Below, in pieces: positions 48,473 through 58,743 of a stretch of DNA of 64,000 nucleotides. The stretch covers positions 1,376,001 through 1,440,000 of the forward strand of contig OZ245365.1 of NCBI GenBank assembly GCA_965226495.1, read 5' to 3'. Positions within the stretch are counted from its first letter, which is position 1; each line of letters begins with the position of its first letter. The translations under genes were made by a program, and so were the position numbers. The stretch is from Candidatus Marinacidobacterales bacterium. GTDB taxonomy: Bacteria > Acidobacteriota > Vicinamibacteria > Marinacidobacterales > DATDRI01. The notes beneath the pieces are model-generated. The model was not told where the DNA came from. It did no database searches and saw only the letters and a list, made by a program, of their open reading frames with translations.

Positions 48473-49270
48473 ATGGCGAGAACGGTAACGCCCGACGGAG
48501 CCGAGCTCTATTACGTGACGCGCGGTGCAGGACCGCCCATCCTTTTCGTGCACGGCTGGATGAGTAATCATCGGACCTGGGATCGCCAGATCTACGCGCT
48601 TCAGGAGCGTTATCAGTGTGTGGCGCTCGATCTTCGTGGGATGGGGCAGTCCGAGAAAGGCGACTGGGCGTACAGTTTCGAAGAGTTCGGCTCCGACGTC
48701 CGCCACGTCATAAAGAGTCTTGGCTTGAAGGACGTAACGCTGGTGGGTCGTTCGATGGGCGTCAGTGTTTCGCTTAGCTACCTCGAGCAGTTCCAAGACG
48801 ACAGTGACGTGTCGAGAGTCGTCCTGATCACTGGTCCCATCAAGTTAACGAACTCGTCGGATTGGGACCTCGGCATAGAAGAAGAGGAATGCATGAACTA
48901 CATCGACGGCGTTGCCAATGACCCTCTCAACGGGCGTTGGCGGTTTGCCGAGGCTTGTCTCCTCAATCCGAGCGAAGCCGAGGTTCAAAGCGTCTATCAG
49001 ATCTCACTTCAGACCCCCCTCGACGTTGCGATGAAAGCAGTGCGCAATCAGCTGAAGCTCGACCATCGAAGCGTGTTGAAGACCCTGCAGATTCCATGTC
49101 TTGCCGTCTATACCGGCCACGATTTCTATCCACCCGCGCTCGGCGAGTATATTGCGAACACCGCACCCAAGGGTCGTGTCGTCACGTTCGAGGATGAGGG
49201 CCACTCCATGCCGGTGCAGAACGCCGAAAAGTTCAATGAGCTCCTCATCGACTTCATGGAGTCGTCCTGA
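48473..49270 (+). CDS. Alpha/beta hydrolase (non-heme haloperoxidase/esterase-like)
   Basis: FVHGW, DLRGMGQS, GRSMG, GHS. Confidence 0.9.
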   Translation: MARTVTPDGAELYYVTRGAGPPILFVHGWMSNHRTWDRQIYALQERYQCVALDLRGMGQSEKGDWAYSFEEFGSDVRHVIKSLGLKDVTLVGRSMGVSVSLSYLEQFQDDSDVSRVVLITGPIKLTNSSDWDLGIEEEECMNYIDGVANDPLNGRWRFAEACLLNPSEAEVQSVYQISLQTPLDVAMKAVRNQLKLDHRSVLKTLQIPCLAVYTGHDFYPPALGEYIANTAPKGRVVTFEDEGHSMPVQNAEKFNELLIDFMESS

Positions 49271-50510
49271 GGCTGCGCGGCCGCCAACCCATGCCGACGA
49301 CGTACACCAAACCGGTAACAACGATCGACGTCAGCGGTTGGATCGTTTCCGGCGGTGCCAGCCGCCCGGCGACGAGTCCAGTGGCGAGTGCCACAATGGC
49401 CACCCAGTTCACGACCGACTCGCCCGTTCCCTCTAGCCTTCGTCGTCGAAGCACAAAGTAGTCCGCGATCAGAAGGCCGACCAAGGGTGCGAAGATCGCC
49501 CCCAGGAGGCTCAACCACTGCGTGAAGTACTGGGTCAATCGAAAACAGGCGAGGCCGGTTCCGACCGAACCGAGCACCAACGTATTCAGCCAGCGAGGCC
49601 ACCTCGGGAATATGTTGGTCAAGGCCAGCCCGCCGGAATAAAGGACCTTGTCACTCGTGGTCCAAGTCGCGAGCGCGATGACGACGAGCGCCCCGACGCC
49701 CAAGCCGAGTGATTGGACGCCCAAGACCGGGTTCGGCTCCCCGGTTGCGAGCGCCGAGATCGCGCCGAGCGCCATCATGAACGCTGCGACCGGGGCAACT
49801 CCGAGCGAGCCTATCCAGACTGCGCGGTGGTCTCGGGAGTAGCGTGCAAAGTCCGCCGCGGTGAACGCGCTTCCCATTTGGGCGGACACCACGAGATTGA
49901 CCGCACCCAGAAACGATAGCGGTCCGAGTCCCGGTCTAGACAGGAGGTCGGGCAACGAATGATCGGCTGCGATCTTGTAGAGCAGCAAGGTCGACAGCGC
50001 GAGTAGAAGGGGAACCGCCACAGCGGCCAGCTTTCGGATCCAGTTGAAGCCGATGATGGCGACGAAAGCGTTTGCTGCTCCCATGAGCACGATGGGAACG
50101 ATGATGGATGGCCCCGACCGGCCGGTTAGAGTGCGGAGCCCGCCGTCTAGGGCCATCGCGGCCAACTCGGTGTGAACCGCAAACCAGCCGGTCGACGAAA
50201 CCAGGATCGCGAGCGAGGGGAGCCAGGTTCCCCACGGATACCCCAGGGAAGCTCTCGTCAGGACCGGTGTGGGGAGGCCATGGTCGGTCCCCGGGTACGC
50301 GGCGGTGGCGGAAATCCCGAAGGCGATGACGTTGCCCAGGAGTCCGGCGAGAACGGCCTGGGTGAGCGACAAGCCAGGAACGAACGCACCACCTACCAGC
50401 ATCATCGGCAGGCAAATATTAACCCCGGAATAAAGCGCGAAGAACGCGAACCAACCCTGCCGGCGAGATTCTCGAGGAACGGGATCGTTTCCGTGAGTTT
50501 CGACCTCCAT
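49254..50510 (-). CDS. NCS1 purine-cytosine permease family transporter
   Basis: GWFAV, ADFARY, ATWTT, ADYFV; about 12 TM segments. Confidence 0.88.
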   Translation of the reverse strand: MEVETHGNDPVPRESRRQGWFAFFALYSGVNICLPMMLVGGAFVPGLSLTQAVLAGLLGNVIAFGISATAAYPGTDHGLPTPVLTRASLGYPWGTWLPSLAILVSSTGWFAVHTELAAMALDGGLRTLTGRSGPSIIVPIVLMGAANAFVAIIGFNWIRKLAAVAVPLLLALSTLLLYKIAADHSLPDLLSRPGLGPLSFLGAVNLVVSAQMGSAFTAADFARYSRDHRAVWIGSLGVAPVAAFMMALGAISALATGEPNPVLGVQSLGLGVGALVVIALATWTTSDKVLYSGGLALTNIFPRWPRWLNTLVLGSVGTGLACFRLTQYFTQWLSLLGAIFAPLVGLLIADYFVLRRRRLEGTGESVVNWVAIVALATGLVAGRLAPPETIQPLTSIVVTGLVYVVGMGWRPRSLRTTP

Positions 50511-50521
50511 CGAGGAGGAGT

Positions 50522-51229
50522 CTACTCGTAGGACAGCTTGGGATACCAGTCGGTGCCGCGACCCTCCGGCGTCAGATCGAAGAGGTTCCAGAGCGGCCAA
50601 AGGGCATCGACGTGGCGCGTTTCGCCTCCGGTCGGACCATAAAGGAGCTCGGAGCCCCAGAAATGATAGATGTCGTCGTCTTTTTTCACGAAGACATTGA
50701 GCATGGGCATCTGGTTTCCCTCGGCGTCCTCGGCCCAGTAGTCGGCGTTATAGCTATTCTTGTTGGACGAGAGGAGCGGAATCCTATTCCAGTGCCGGCC
50801 TTGCGCAAAGTCCATGATCCTCTCGATAGGGGACTTGGCCACGACGACCATGTTGATTCGATCGCGGACGTGAGGCGCCTCCGCGTCGAAGCCGTCGATG
50901 ATCGATGTGCACATCGGGCACGGCGCTTCCATCGTAGGGCCGTACATGTAGCTGTAGACGGCGAGCGTGTTCTTACCTGGCGAGAAAAGGTCGGATAGTC
51001 TGACGGATCCTGTGGAGCCGGTCTTTCCGACTCTCTCGAAGACGTAGTCCTCCTTGACCTTGCCGCTTAAGGGCAGCTTGCGCCTTTGCTCCGCGACCTT
51101 CTCAATATGGGTACGAAGGTCAGCCTCGGCCTTTAAAAGTTCATCGCGCGCGCCACGGTAATCGTCGGACTCGTTGGGAAACCGCCTGTCGTTCTTGTCA
51201 GGCTTGTCAGGCTTGTCAGGCAGGCTCAT
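50522..51229 (-). CDS. DUF899 family thioredoxin-like protein
   Basis: ARDELL.AE, RRKLP, CPMC, DLTPEGR. Confidence 0.88.
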   Translation of the reverse strand: MSLPDKPDKPDKNDRRFPNESDDYRGARDELLKAEADLRTHIEKVAEQRRKLPLSGKVKEDYVFERVGKTGSTGSVRLSDLFSPGKNTLAVYSYMYGPTMEAPCPMCTSIIDGFDAEAPHVRDRINMVVVAKSPIERIMDFAQGRHWNRIPLLSSNKNSYNADYWAEDAEGNQMPMLNVFVKKDDDIYHFWGSELLYGPTGGETRHVDALWPLWNLFDLTPEGRGTDWYPKLSYE

Positions 51230-51275
51230 GTCTTCCTCCGTCTCGATGAGAGGGTACCTACTTCAGCCTCGGTTC

Positions 51276-52484
51276 TCAAAAATGCCATGACCAATTGAGC
51301 TGTATGTAACTGTCCTTTCGAATTCCGTGGAGAAAGATGTCCTCGCGCGGGACGCCGACGAACGTCCTCGCTTCGACGTCCAGCGTCCAGCTGTTTCCAA
51401 AGCGCCGGCTCGCCTCGACGTTGATGAAGCTGGCACCGGTGTCTCGGTCGACGGTCGCTCCGGCGAGAATCTGAGTGCTCTGCACGTCGTTGAAGGCGAG
51501 GCGCGCTCCGAAAAAGATGTCATCGTCGAATGGTGTGAGCGCCAACTTACCTCGCTCGTCGAAGGAGTATTCAGCCAAAACACCGATGTCGAGCCCGGTG
51601 GTCTTGACGTTGACGAAGGTGTACTCGAAGCCTCCGGCGAATGCGTAGAACCGATCGCCCTGTCCGTATCGGTTGATGGCTTCGACCTTCCACAGCCAAC
51701 CGCCTTGGGTCATTTGCAGATCCAATCCGGTTTGATCGATGAGGTCGTAGACCGGGACGAGAACGGTCTCGTTGTCTCGGTCTTCTGGCAGGAAGCGGGG
51801 ATCGCGGCTAGTACCATGAAAGTGGGAAACGCCTACGTCCCACGGTCCCAGCGCGTGGGACCAGCGGACCGCCGCGTCGATATGGCGCTGGCCGGCACCT
51901 GATTGGTAGACGGATCTCTCTGAATCGACGGGAAACGCTAGGCCGGGCCGACTATCGCTTCCGAAGAATCTCCGTTCGCGAAAGCCGAGTAGGGTGAAAA
52001 AGTCGATGGTCCCCCAGGAGCGAATCAGGGCGAAATTTACCATTGGTTGGCCGAGCTTGGCCTCACCGTCGATGTTCTCGGTCAAGTCGGTTTGGTTGAT
52101 GATGTCGACGAGATGATTCGACTCCGACACTCCCCAAAACACTCGACGAATACCGGTCCGGAGCTCCCAATCGCGGGCGTTCAATTGCCAGGTGAGCTCT
52201 CGAATGTCCCAATGCGTGCGTTGTGGATCGTTCTGATCCAGGCGGACGAAGGGCACGAAGAGGAAGAGCTGGCGTCCGTCCTGCCATTCCTGGTACCACT
52301 CCGGCTCGAAGGCAAGAGACAGGTTGCTTCCTGACAAGTCTGTGCTGAGCGCGCTCTGTGGAAAGAGCCGGCCTTCCAAAGACACCTTGCCGTTCCACTC
52401 GCCGGCCCTGGCCGGGATGCCGGCCAGGGTGAGCATCAGAAGCGCCATCCCGAGGATGACGCTGCTCGTCGGAAAGCGTTTCAT
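51276..52484 (-). CDS. Putative outer-membrane beta-barrel protein
   Basis: Signal peptide; amphipathic strands; VFWGVSE..HLVDIINQ; C-terminal aromatic WHF. Confidence 0.75.
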   Translation of the reverse strand: MKRFPTSSVILGMALLMLTLAGIPARAGEWNGKVSLEGRLFPQSALSTDLSGSNLSLAFEPEWYQEWQDGRQLFLFVPFVRLDQNDPQRTHWDIRELTWQLNARDWELRTGIRRVFWGVSESNHLVDIINQTDLTENIDGEAKLGQPMVNFALIRSWGTIDFFTLLGFRERRFFGSDSRPGLAFPVDSERSVYQSGAGQRHIDAAVRWSHALGPWDVGVSHFHGTSRDPRFLPEDRDNETVLVPVYDLIDQTGLDLQMTQGGWLWKVEAINRYGQGDRFYAFAGGFEYTFVNVKTTGLDIGVLAEYSFDERGKLALTPFDDDIFFGARLAFNDVQSTQILAGATVDRDTGASFINVEASRRFGNSWTLDVEARTFVGVPREDIFLHGIRKDSYIQLNWSWHF

Positions 52485-52489
52485 GGCTC

Positions 52490-53365
52490 TTACCTCGCTC
52501 GCTTGAGACTGTTGCGGTCGAAGTCACGTTCGGAAAGACCGGTACGAAACTCGTACCCGCTCCACGACAGCAATGTGCTCTTTCCGGTCTGATGATTTTC
52601 CATGAAGAGATCGTCGGCCCGCCAGTACTGGTCGAGGTAGTGCACGTACTTGGAGTAGGTCAGCGTCTTGAGGAGCTCGTCCTTCCGGTCATAGAACTCG
52701 ACCTTCTCCGGCCGGTACTCGTCTTTGTCGTACCAAACGACGTGGCGCGTGTAGCCCGAATTTTGGTCGAGGGGAATGCGCTCGACTACGAAACAGTCGC
52801 GCTCATTCGCAGTGTCCTCTCGCAGGTAGCGATAGCTGTACTTATCCACCTCTTGCGAGGCGAGGTCTTCGTAGGCGAACTCGCTCCCCATGAAAGGACC
52901 CGACTTGTTATTGGACGAGATGCGCTTCACGCGCTTCAGTGCGGGAAGATAGAGCCATTGGTCGTCGGCGCCGGTGCGATGCGTGTAGGTGAGGAAAGCA
53001 GTTCCCTTGACGTCCCGGGGCTGGTCGAAGATCACCAGCAGCTTGTCGCCGTCGCCATCGACCTCGAGGAGTCGACTACGAAGCTCCCGGGTGCTCTCCT
53101 CGCCGTGTCGGTTCCGGAGAACCATCCGGAGCCCGTTTCGCTGGTCGCTCCAACCGGAGTCGCGCTGGTCCCACTCGAGCGCTATTTCGCGGCCGCGCTC
53201 TTCGTCCGCACTGGGCGCACTGGGGGGGGCGCTCGTGGCTGAAAGACCGGTTGCGAAGGCGGCGATGAGGAATGCCAACGCGACGAGATAGAAGAGGGGC
53301 TTCCAGTCATGTCTTGTGAGGGCTGCGGCACGGGTTTGGGTCTTAGCTGGCTGCTTGGTATTCAT
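52490..53365 (-). CDS. Outer-membrane lipoprotein-sorting (LolA-like) protein
   Basis: PRDVKGTAFL, DDQWLYLPALKRVKRI, FMGSEFAYED. Confidence 0.88.
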   Translation of the reverse strand: MNTKQPAKTQTRAAALTRHDWKPLFYLVALAFLIAAFATGLSATSAPPSAPSADEERGREIALEWDQRDSGWSDQRNGLRMVLRNRHGEESTRELRSRLLEVDGDGDKLLVIFDQPRDVKGTAFLTYTHRTGADDQWLYLPALKRVKRISSNNKSGPFMGSEFAYEDLASQEVDKYSYRYLREDTANERDCFVVERIPLDQNSGYTRHVVWYDKDEYRPEKVEFYDRKDELLKTLTYSKYVHYLDQYWRADDLFMENHQTGKSTLLSWSGYEFRTGLSERDFDRNSLKRAR

Positions 53366-55712
53366 CTTTTAGTTCCTCCATTTTGGAAGCTCGTGTGTCT
53401 CTACGACCATCGATTTCCATGAGAATTGGGGGTAGGAGAAGTAGGTCGGTGGCGAGTGCGATGGCGATGATGAGCGCCGACATTCTTCCCATGTCTCCGT
53501 TGAAGCTGAAAGTGGACTGGGCCAGGATCGAGAATCCGGCCGCCAAGATGATCGAGGTCACGACGAGGGCGGCGCCGACAGTCGAGAAGGCGTAGCGAAC
53601 GGCTTCTTCGGAACTGAGCTTTTTTTCGCGTCGCGCTCGAAGATATTTGCTAAGGAAGTGGACGGTGTCGTCTACGACGATGCCGAGACACATGCCGCTG
53701 ACGATCGAGAGCCCGAGATTAATTTGCCCCACGAACAGCCCCCAAAGGCCGAACGCCATCGCTGCCGGAAGTAGGTTGGGGAGGAAGCTGATGAGGCCGT
53801 ACTTCAAACTCCTCAGGGCGAGCACGAGGGTTAAACCGATGAGGCCGATCGCCAAGAGGGTGCCGATGAGCATGCTCCTTACGTTTCGGCTAGAGATGTA
53901 GGAGAACATCACACCCGGGCCAACGCCGCGCGCGAACATGTGCTCCGGAGCGTTGGCGCGCAGCCATTCTTCTCCTTCTTCCACAAGACCGATGAGCTCC
54001 TTGGATGTGATGTTCTGGACGGTGACCGACAGCTTGGCGGCCGACTTATCGACGTTGATTTGGTTGTTGAGGTCGAGCCCGTAGGGAAGCGACATCTCGT
54101 AAAGGAGTAGGTATTGCGCTGCGAGCTCGCGGTTGTCCGGCAGGCGGTAGTAGCTAGGATCGTCGGCGTTCAGGTTTTTGTTGAGCTTCTTGAAGACGTC
54201 ACTGAGGGAGGCGACATGCACGACGCCTGGCTGGCTGCGGTACCAATTGGCGAACTCCTCGAGCTTCTCCAAGTAGGCAGGCTCGCTGATCCCGCCGCTC
54301 GAATCCGCGCCCAGTGAAAAATCGATTTGGTAAATCCCGCTCAAGTGCTCCATCGCGAAGTCGGAATCCTGGCGGAAAGCCATGGACTCGTCGAAGTAAT
54401 TGACGAACTGGTCGTTCAGCGAGTTGAGAGGGAGCAGAGCCGCCATCAGGAACGCGGCGAGCCCGCCGCCCCAGAGCAGGGGCCGCCGGCGCGAGACAAC
54501 GAATCCCGCCACCTTGTCCATCGGAGACTCGGAGCGCTCGGCGCGAAGTTTCACTCTCACCGGAAGAATTGCCATCAAGGCAGGGAGGAAGGTTATCGAT
54601 AACACCCACGCCGCCGCGACTCCCGTCGCGCTGATGTTACCGAGGTCGTGGAAAGGCGGCACTTCGCTGAAGTTCATGCTGAGAAATCCGATCGCCGTCG
54701 TCAGGCTGGTAAGAAACACCGGCTGCATGTTGACCCGAAGACTTTCCACGATGGCTTGGTGCTTGGTTGCTCCGTGGCGCATTTCTTTGAGCATCGTCAC
54801 CAAGATGTGAATGGCATCCGCCACCGCGAGAGTCATGATGATCGTCAACGCCGCCGTCGACGGAGGCGTCAACGAGAGGCCGGCCCAGCCGGCGAGTCCG
54901 AGCGCGCTGGTCACCGAAAGTGCTATGACGCCCAGAGTCGCGATGGTCGCTGAGACCGAACGGAGAAGAAGCACGATCGTGAGAGTGATCACGAGGTACA
55001 TCGCCGGCACGAGTGTGGCCATGTCCTTCATCGCCGATTCCTGGAAGGCGTTATTGAGCATCGCCATCCCAGTGATGTGCGTCTTGAAACCGGGGTTTTC
55101 CTCCTCGACCCGTGCCGCGAGCTCGCGAGCGAAGGCGACCGACCTTGCGGTCTCGTCGGTTTCCTTTCTGGGAAGCTGAAGGGTGATGTTGAGTCCGACG
55201 ACGTGAGTGCGGCTGGGAACGATGCGATTCAATAGCATCGGCTCGCTCAGTGCGATCTCCCGTTTCGCCGATAGTTCCTCCGGTGTGAGAGCCTCGGCAT
55301 CTCGAACGAGATCCTCTACGATCAGATTGTCGCCCTCGGCCCAGGAGTGCTGGAAGTTCGAGAGGGAGTCCACGCGGATGGCGAAGGGGATCTTCCAGGC
55401 TTCCGAGGTCATCTCTTCGACGATTGCCAAGGTTTGGTTGGTGAAGGTTTCGCCGTTGGGCGGCTCCAGGATCATGAGGATGTTGTCGTTCTTGGTGTAG
55501 ATAGCCTCGACGGCGTCGAAGGCGATTAACTGTGGGTTATCCGGACCGAAGAACACGCGGTACTCGTCGATGAACCCCAACCGACTGGCACCGCCGATAG
55601 CCAGAAATGAGAGCACTAGCACCGCAAACAGGACTGGCCAACGCCGCTTCACCACCCAGCGGGCGTAGCGTTCAGCTGACACCAAGTGGGTGGCACTTGT
55701 ATCCGTCTTCAT
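53343..55712 (-). CDS. MMPL/RND-family transporter
   Basis: AVADAIH, TSLTTAIGF, GIVVDDTVHF; two TM repeats; GGAGG RBS before MKTDT. Confidence 0.92.
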   Translation of the reverse strand: MKTDTSATHLVSAERYARWVVKRRWPVLFAVLVLSFLAIGGASRLGFIDEYRVFFGPDNPQLIAFDAVEAIYTKNDNILMILEPPNGETFTNQTLAIVEEMTSEAWKIPFAIRVDSLSNFQHSWAEGDNLIVEDLVRDAEALTPEELSAKREIALSEPMLLNRIVPSRTHVVGLNITLQLPRKETDETARSVAFARELAARVEEENPGFKTHITGMAMLNNAFQESAMKDMATLVPAMYLVITLTIVLLLRSVSATIATLGVIALSVTSALGLAGWAGLSLTPPSTAALTIIMTLAVADAIHILVTMLKEMRHGATKHQAIVESLRVNMQPVFLTSLTTAIGFLSMNFSEVPPFHDLGNISATGVAAAWVLSITFLPALMAILPVRVKLRAERSESPMDKVAGFVVSRRRPLLWGGGLAAFLMAALLPLNSLNDQFVNYFDESMAFRQDSDFAMEHLSGIYQIDFSLGADSSGGISEPAYLEKLEEFANWYRSQPGVVHVASLSDVFKKLNKNLNADDPSYYRLPDNRELAAQYLLLYEMSLPYGLDLNNQINVDKSAAKLSVTVQNITSKELIGLVEEGEEWLRANAPEHMFARGVGPGVMFSYISSRNVRSMLIGTLLAIGLIGLTLVLALRSLKYGLISFLPNLLPAAMAFGLWGLFVGQINLGLSIVSGMCLGIVVDDTVHFLSKYLRARREKKLSSEEAVRYAFSTVGAALVVTSIILAAGFSILAQSTFSFNGDMGRMSALIIAIALATDLLLLPPILMEIDGRRDTRASKMEELKDEYQAAS

Positions 55713-55740
55713 ATTTATCCTCCGATGGATCAGTAACATT

Positions 55741-55756
55741 CATACCGGTCGGTATG
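55741..55756. promoter_or_regulatory. Putative TetR operator CATACC-N4-GGTATG
   Basis: Perfect palindrome upstream of the MMPL gene; near-identical site at 56417-56432. Confidence 0.7.
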
Positions 55757-55798
55757 TTAAGTGAGTTAGCAGCGTGAAAAGAGGTCATTGCGGTGTGA

Positions 55799-56419
55799 TT
55801 AGGCGGCGGCTACTGGGGCGAGGACCCGTAGCGTTTCGAGATAGAGGACGAGGCCCTCGATGCAGGCTTCCACCATCGACGGATCCCGGGAATTCTTGGC
55901 CATGCCAGCCATCCCTTCGATGGAGGCCACGATAAAGGCGGCCGACTTGTGACTGTCGATGTCGGTACGAACCTGATTCGCGCCCTGTCCTCGGAGGAGC
56001 GCGTCGGTGATCCCGTCGCGCCAGGAGTCGAGGGCCGCTTCGATGCGGACTCGGAAACCCTCATCGATAGGGGACATTTCCTGGGCGAGATTGGCCAGCG
56101 GGCAGCCGCAGGTGCAAGCCATCTCGATGTGCTCTGGTTGCAACCCTTGGAGCATTCCAATGAGGCCATCGATGGGGTCGGTTGCGCTCTCGATGGGCCG
56201 AAGCCACATCTCCGCGATCATCCCTGGGATGATTTCCTCGACAATCGCGTATCCGAGCGCATTTTTGTTCGGAAAATGATGATAGAGAGCACCCTTTGTA
56301 AGTCCTGTGTCAGAGAGTATCTGCTCCAGGCTCGCTGCGCGGAAACCCTTTGCGTAGACCTCCCGGTATGCGGCGTCGAGGATCTTCTGGCGGGTTCCGT
56401 CCGGGTTCCTCTTGTTCAT
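55799..56419 (-). CDS. TetR/AcrR family regulator (probably leaderless, start MNKRNP)
   Basis: TRQKILDAA, GLTKGALYHHFPNK HTH, GCPLANL. Confidence 0.92.
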   Translation of the reverse strand: MNKRNPDGTRQKILDAAYREVYAKGFRAASLEQILSDTGLTKGALYHHFPNKNALGYAIVEEIIPGMIAEMWLRPIESATDPIDGLIGMLQGLQPEHIEMACTCGCPLANLAQEMSPIDEGFRVRIEAALDSWRDGITDALLRGQGANQVRTDIDSHKSAAFIVASIEGMAGMAKNSRDPSMVEACIEGLVLYLETLRVLAPVAAA

Positions 56420-56455
56420 ACCAACCAGTATGTATCTTGAAAAGGGCCGTGTCAA
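56417..56455 (-). promoter_or_regulatory. tetR promoter overlapped by its operator
   Basis: Minus strand TTGACA-17-CATACT-7-ATG; palindrome CATACC-N4-AGTATG covers the -10 and the start. Confidence 0.65.
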
Positions 56456-56543
56456 GCAAATAATTCGAGCGACCAGGTGCCCTACTCCGAGATAAGATAG
56501 CCCGCGAAAACGCCCGTCTGGTGGCAACAATGAAGGAGTCGAC

Positions 56544-58294
56544 ATGAACTTCAGCCGGAAGCCTTTGTTCGCTCTTCTCGCGACTCTGGCGCTATCTCCA
56601 TCATGTCAGCGCGAAGCCCCGCCCGACCTCATCGTCGTCGGGGCGGGTATCTCCGGGCTTTCGGCCGCTCTCGAAGCGGCGGCGGGTGGTGCCAGGGTCG
56701 AAGTCATCGACATGAGCTCCGTCTTCGGCGGCCATGCTGTTGTGGCTCATGGCGGCCTCGCCATCGTCGGCAGCCCGATTCAGCAGGCGGGATCGAAGAC
56801 AGCATCGAGCTCGCCTACAGCGACTTCATGAACTGGGGTGAGGATGCGGATCCACTGGGTGCGTTACTACGTCGAGCACTCGCGGGAGGAGATTTTCGAC
56901 TGGCTCACCGAGTTGGGCGTGGAGTTCCAAGGCCTGATGTTCCATCCCGGCAATAGCGTGTTGCGGTTTCACAATGAAGTAGGCCGCGGGCTCGGGCTGG
57001 TAACGCCGATTTATCTCTTGAAGAGCGGGAACGTGAGCTTCCGATGGAATACCCGCGTCGACGATTTGATCGTGGAAGATGGCAGCGTAGCGGGAGTTCG
57101 GGGGGTTCGCGGTGAAACGATCGAGCGCCGCGCGGACGGGGTCGTGATCGCCACCGGAGGTTTTCAAAGCAACTCTGGAAAAGGTCAGAGAGTTTTGGAA
57201 CAAAGACATGCCTTTTCCGGAGCGGATTCTCGTGGCTCGGGATGGAAGAGGGATACGGTTTGGATCTTGCCGAGAAAGTAGGCGCCCAATTCCATTGGAA
57301 CTATGTGACAGGGCTCCCGGATCCTCGCTACGAGGAGGGAATTCGGGGTGTCAATGCAATCGCCTACGATTCCATCTACGTCAACATGGAAGGGGAGCGT
57401 TTCGTTAACGAGTGCCTCTCCGCCAAGTACACGCTTCCTGCTCTCTTGAAGCAGCCCACGGGCAGTTATTGGGCGGTCTTCGATTCGGAAGGCAAGAATG
57501 ACTACATGGTGACCGGCTCCGGCTGGAGCGATGAGAAGGTGGAGCATCTCGTTTTCCAAAACGAAGAGCTCACCAAGAGTTCGGATAGCCTCGAAGGTCT
57601 CGCGGCTGCCACCGACCTTCCAGAAGGCGTTTTGAAACGAACCGTGACACGGTTCAACCAGATGGTGAAGCAGCAAGACGACACCGATTTCGATCGCATC
57701 GCTCAAGGTAACGATCCACGCTGCCGCGACGTCAAAGCGTTAGAGGTTCCGCCCTTCTACGCCATCCGGATGTACCCGCTCGCGCGCAAGAGCATGGGAG
57801 GGATCGCCGTCGACAACGCCTCCCGCGTCGTGGACAAGAAGGGCGAGGTAATTCCCGGCCTCTATGCCGCGGGGGAAGCCTCGGGACTCGCCGGCATCAA
57901 CGGCAAGGCCGGCTTGGAAGGAACTTTTCTTGGCCCATCCATCGTGACTGGGCGCATGGCGGGCCGAACGGCTTTGGCGCAGCTTGAAGCGAAGGCACTT
58001 GGACGAACGGAGCCCGCCCCACCGCTGCCTGCAACCCCTGCAACCGACGCCATGCCAGAGGTCGGGGTTTATGCGGTGGACAGCGCTCAGTGTACGAAGT
58101 GCCATGACCTCGCGACACTCGTTGGGTCGAAACGGCCGGGCTATCTTCACTTCGAGCTGGCTCATGGCGTGGTCTTGGAACGTAAGGCGGAGTGTGTCCA
58201 GTGTCACGGGGAGCTCTTTCCCTACGAAGAAGACCGCCATCGGACCGCTCCCCTTAAGCAGGCCACCGTTTGCGGGAACTGTCACGGGCTTTAG
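56544..58294 (+). CDS. Exported FAD-binding oxidoreductase (SdhA/FccA/KstD superfamily) with three C-terminal CxxCH motifs; several frameshifts
   Basis: VVGAGISG, VIATGGF, VN.EGERF.NE, PGLYAAGE; CTKCH, CVQCH, CGNCH; spread over at least three frames. Confidence 0.75.
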
Positions 58295-58680
58295 AGCTTA
58301 CGTTCCGTCGACCCCGACATCCCGTGGTGGCGAAGATGACCGCGGAGCGAATCGTCGACGAGTTTGGCTTCGAAGATCCACCCACCCCAACTACCCCATT
58401 GCATGCTGAGGCGTGATGCTTTGAAGGTGGGCTCGTGCATTTGGTGGTCGCGGTCGCCGACTCGGCTTCCCAAGTAGGTCACACCGATCCCGCTAGGGTC
58501 CTTCTCAATTTCGAAGGGCCCGAACAGGTCCCACTGGTCGTTGCGGCCGTCAAGCTTTGTACCTTCCCAGACACCGACCACGGCATCTGCGGAGTCGTTT
58601 TGGGCTAGAAGATGACTAGGGAGTCCGGCGATTAGGGAAAAAGCCAGTGCGGACCATGCAAGCGAGCGCAGAAGGTTCAT
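58291..58680 (-). CDS. Hypothetical exported protein, possibly truncated
   Basis: AGGAG RBS, signal peptide, VVGVWEG; abuts the convergent gene. Confidence 0.5.
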   Translation of the reverse strand: MNLLRSLAWSALAFSLIAGLPSHLLAQNDSADAVVGVWEGTKLDGRNDQWDLFGPFEIEKDPSGIGVTYLGSRVGDRDHQMHEPTFKASRLSMQWGSWGGWIFEAKLVDDSLRGHLRHHGMSGSTERKL

Positions 58681-58743
58681 ACCTGCTCCTATGACTCATG
58701 GCGCTCCCTCACCGATCGTCCCAGCAGCATAGCACCCGAGGGC

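Noticed and set aside
51193-51221. 9-bp tandem repeat encoding PDKPDKPDK
   Set aside because: Short in-frame microsatellite in a disordered N-terminus; no functional evidence.
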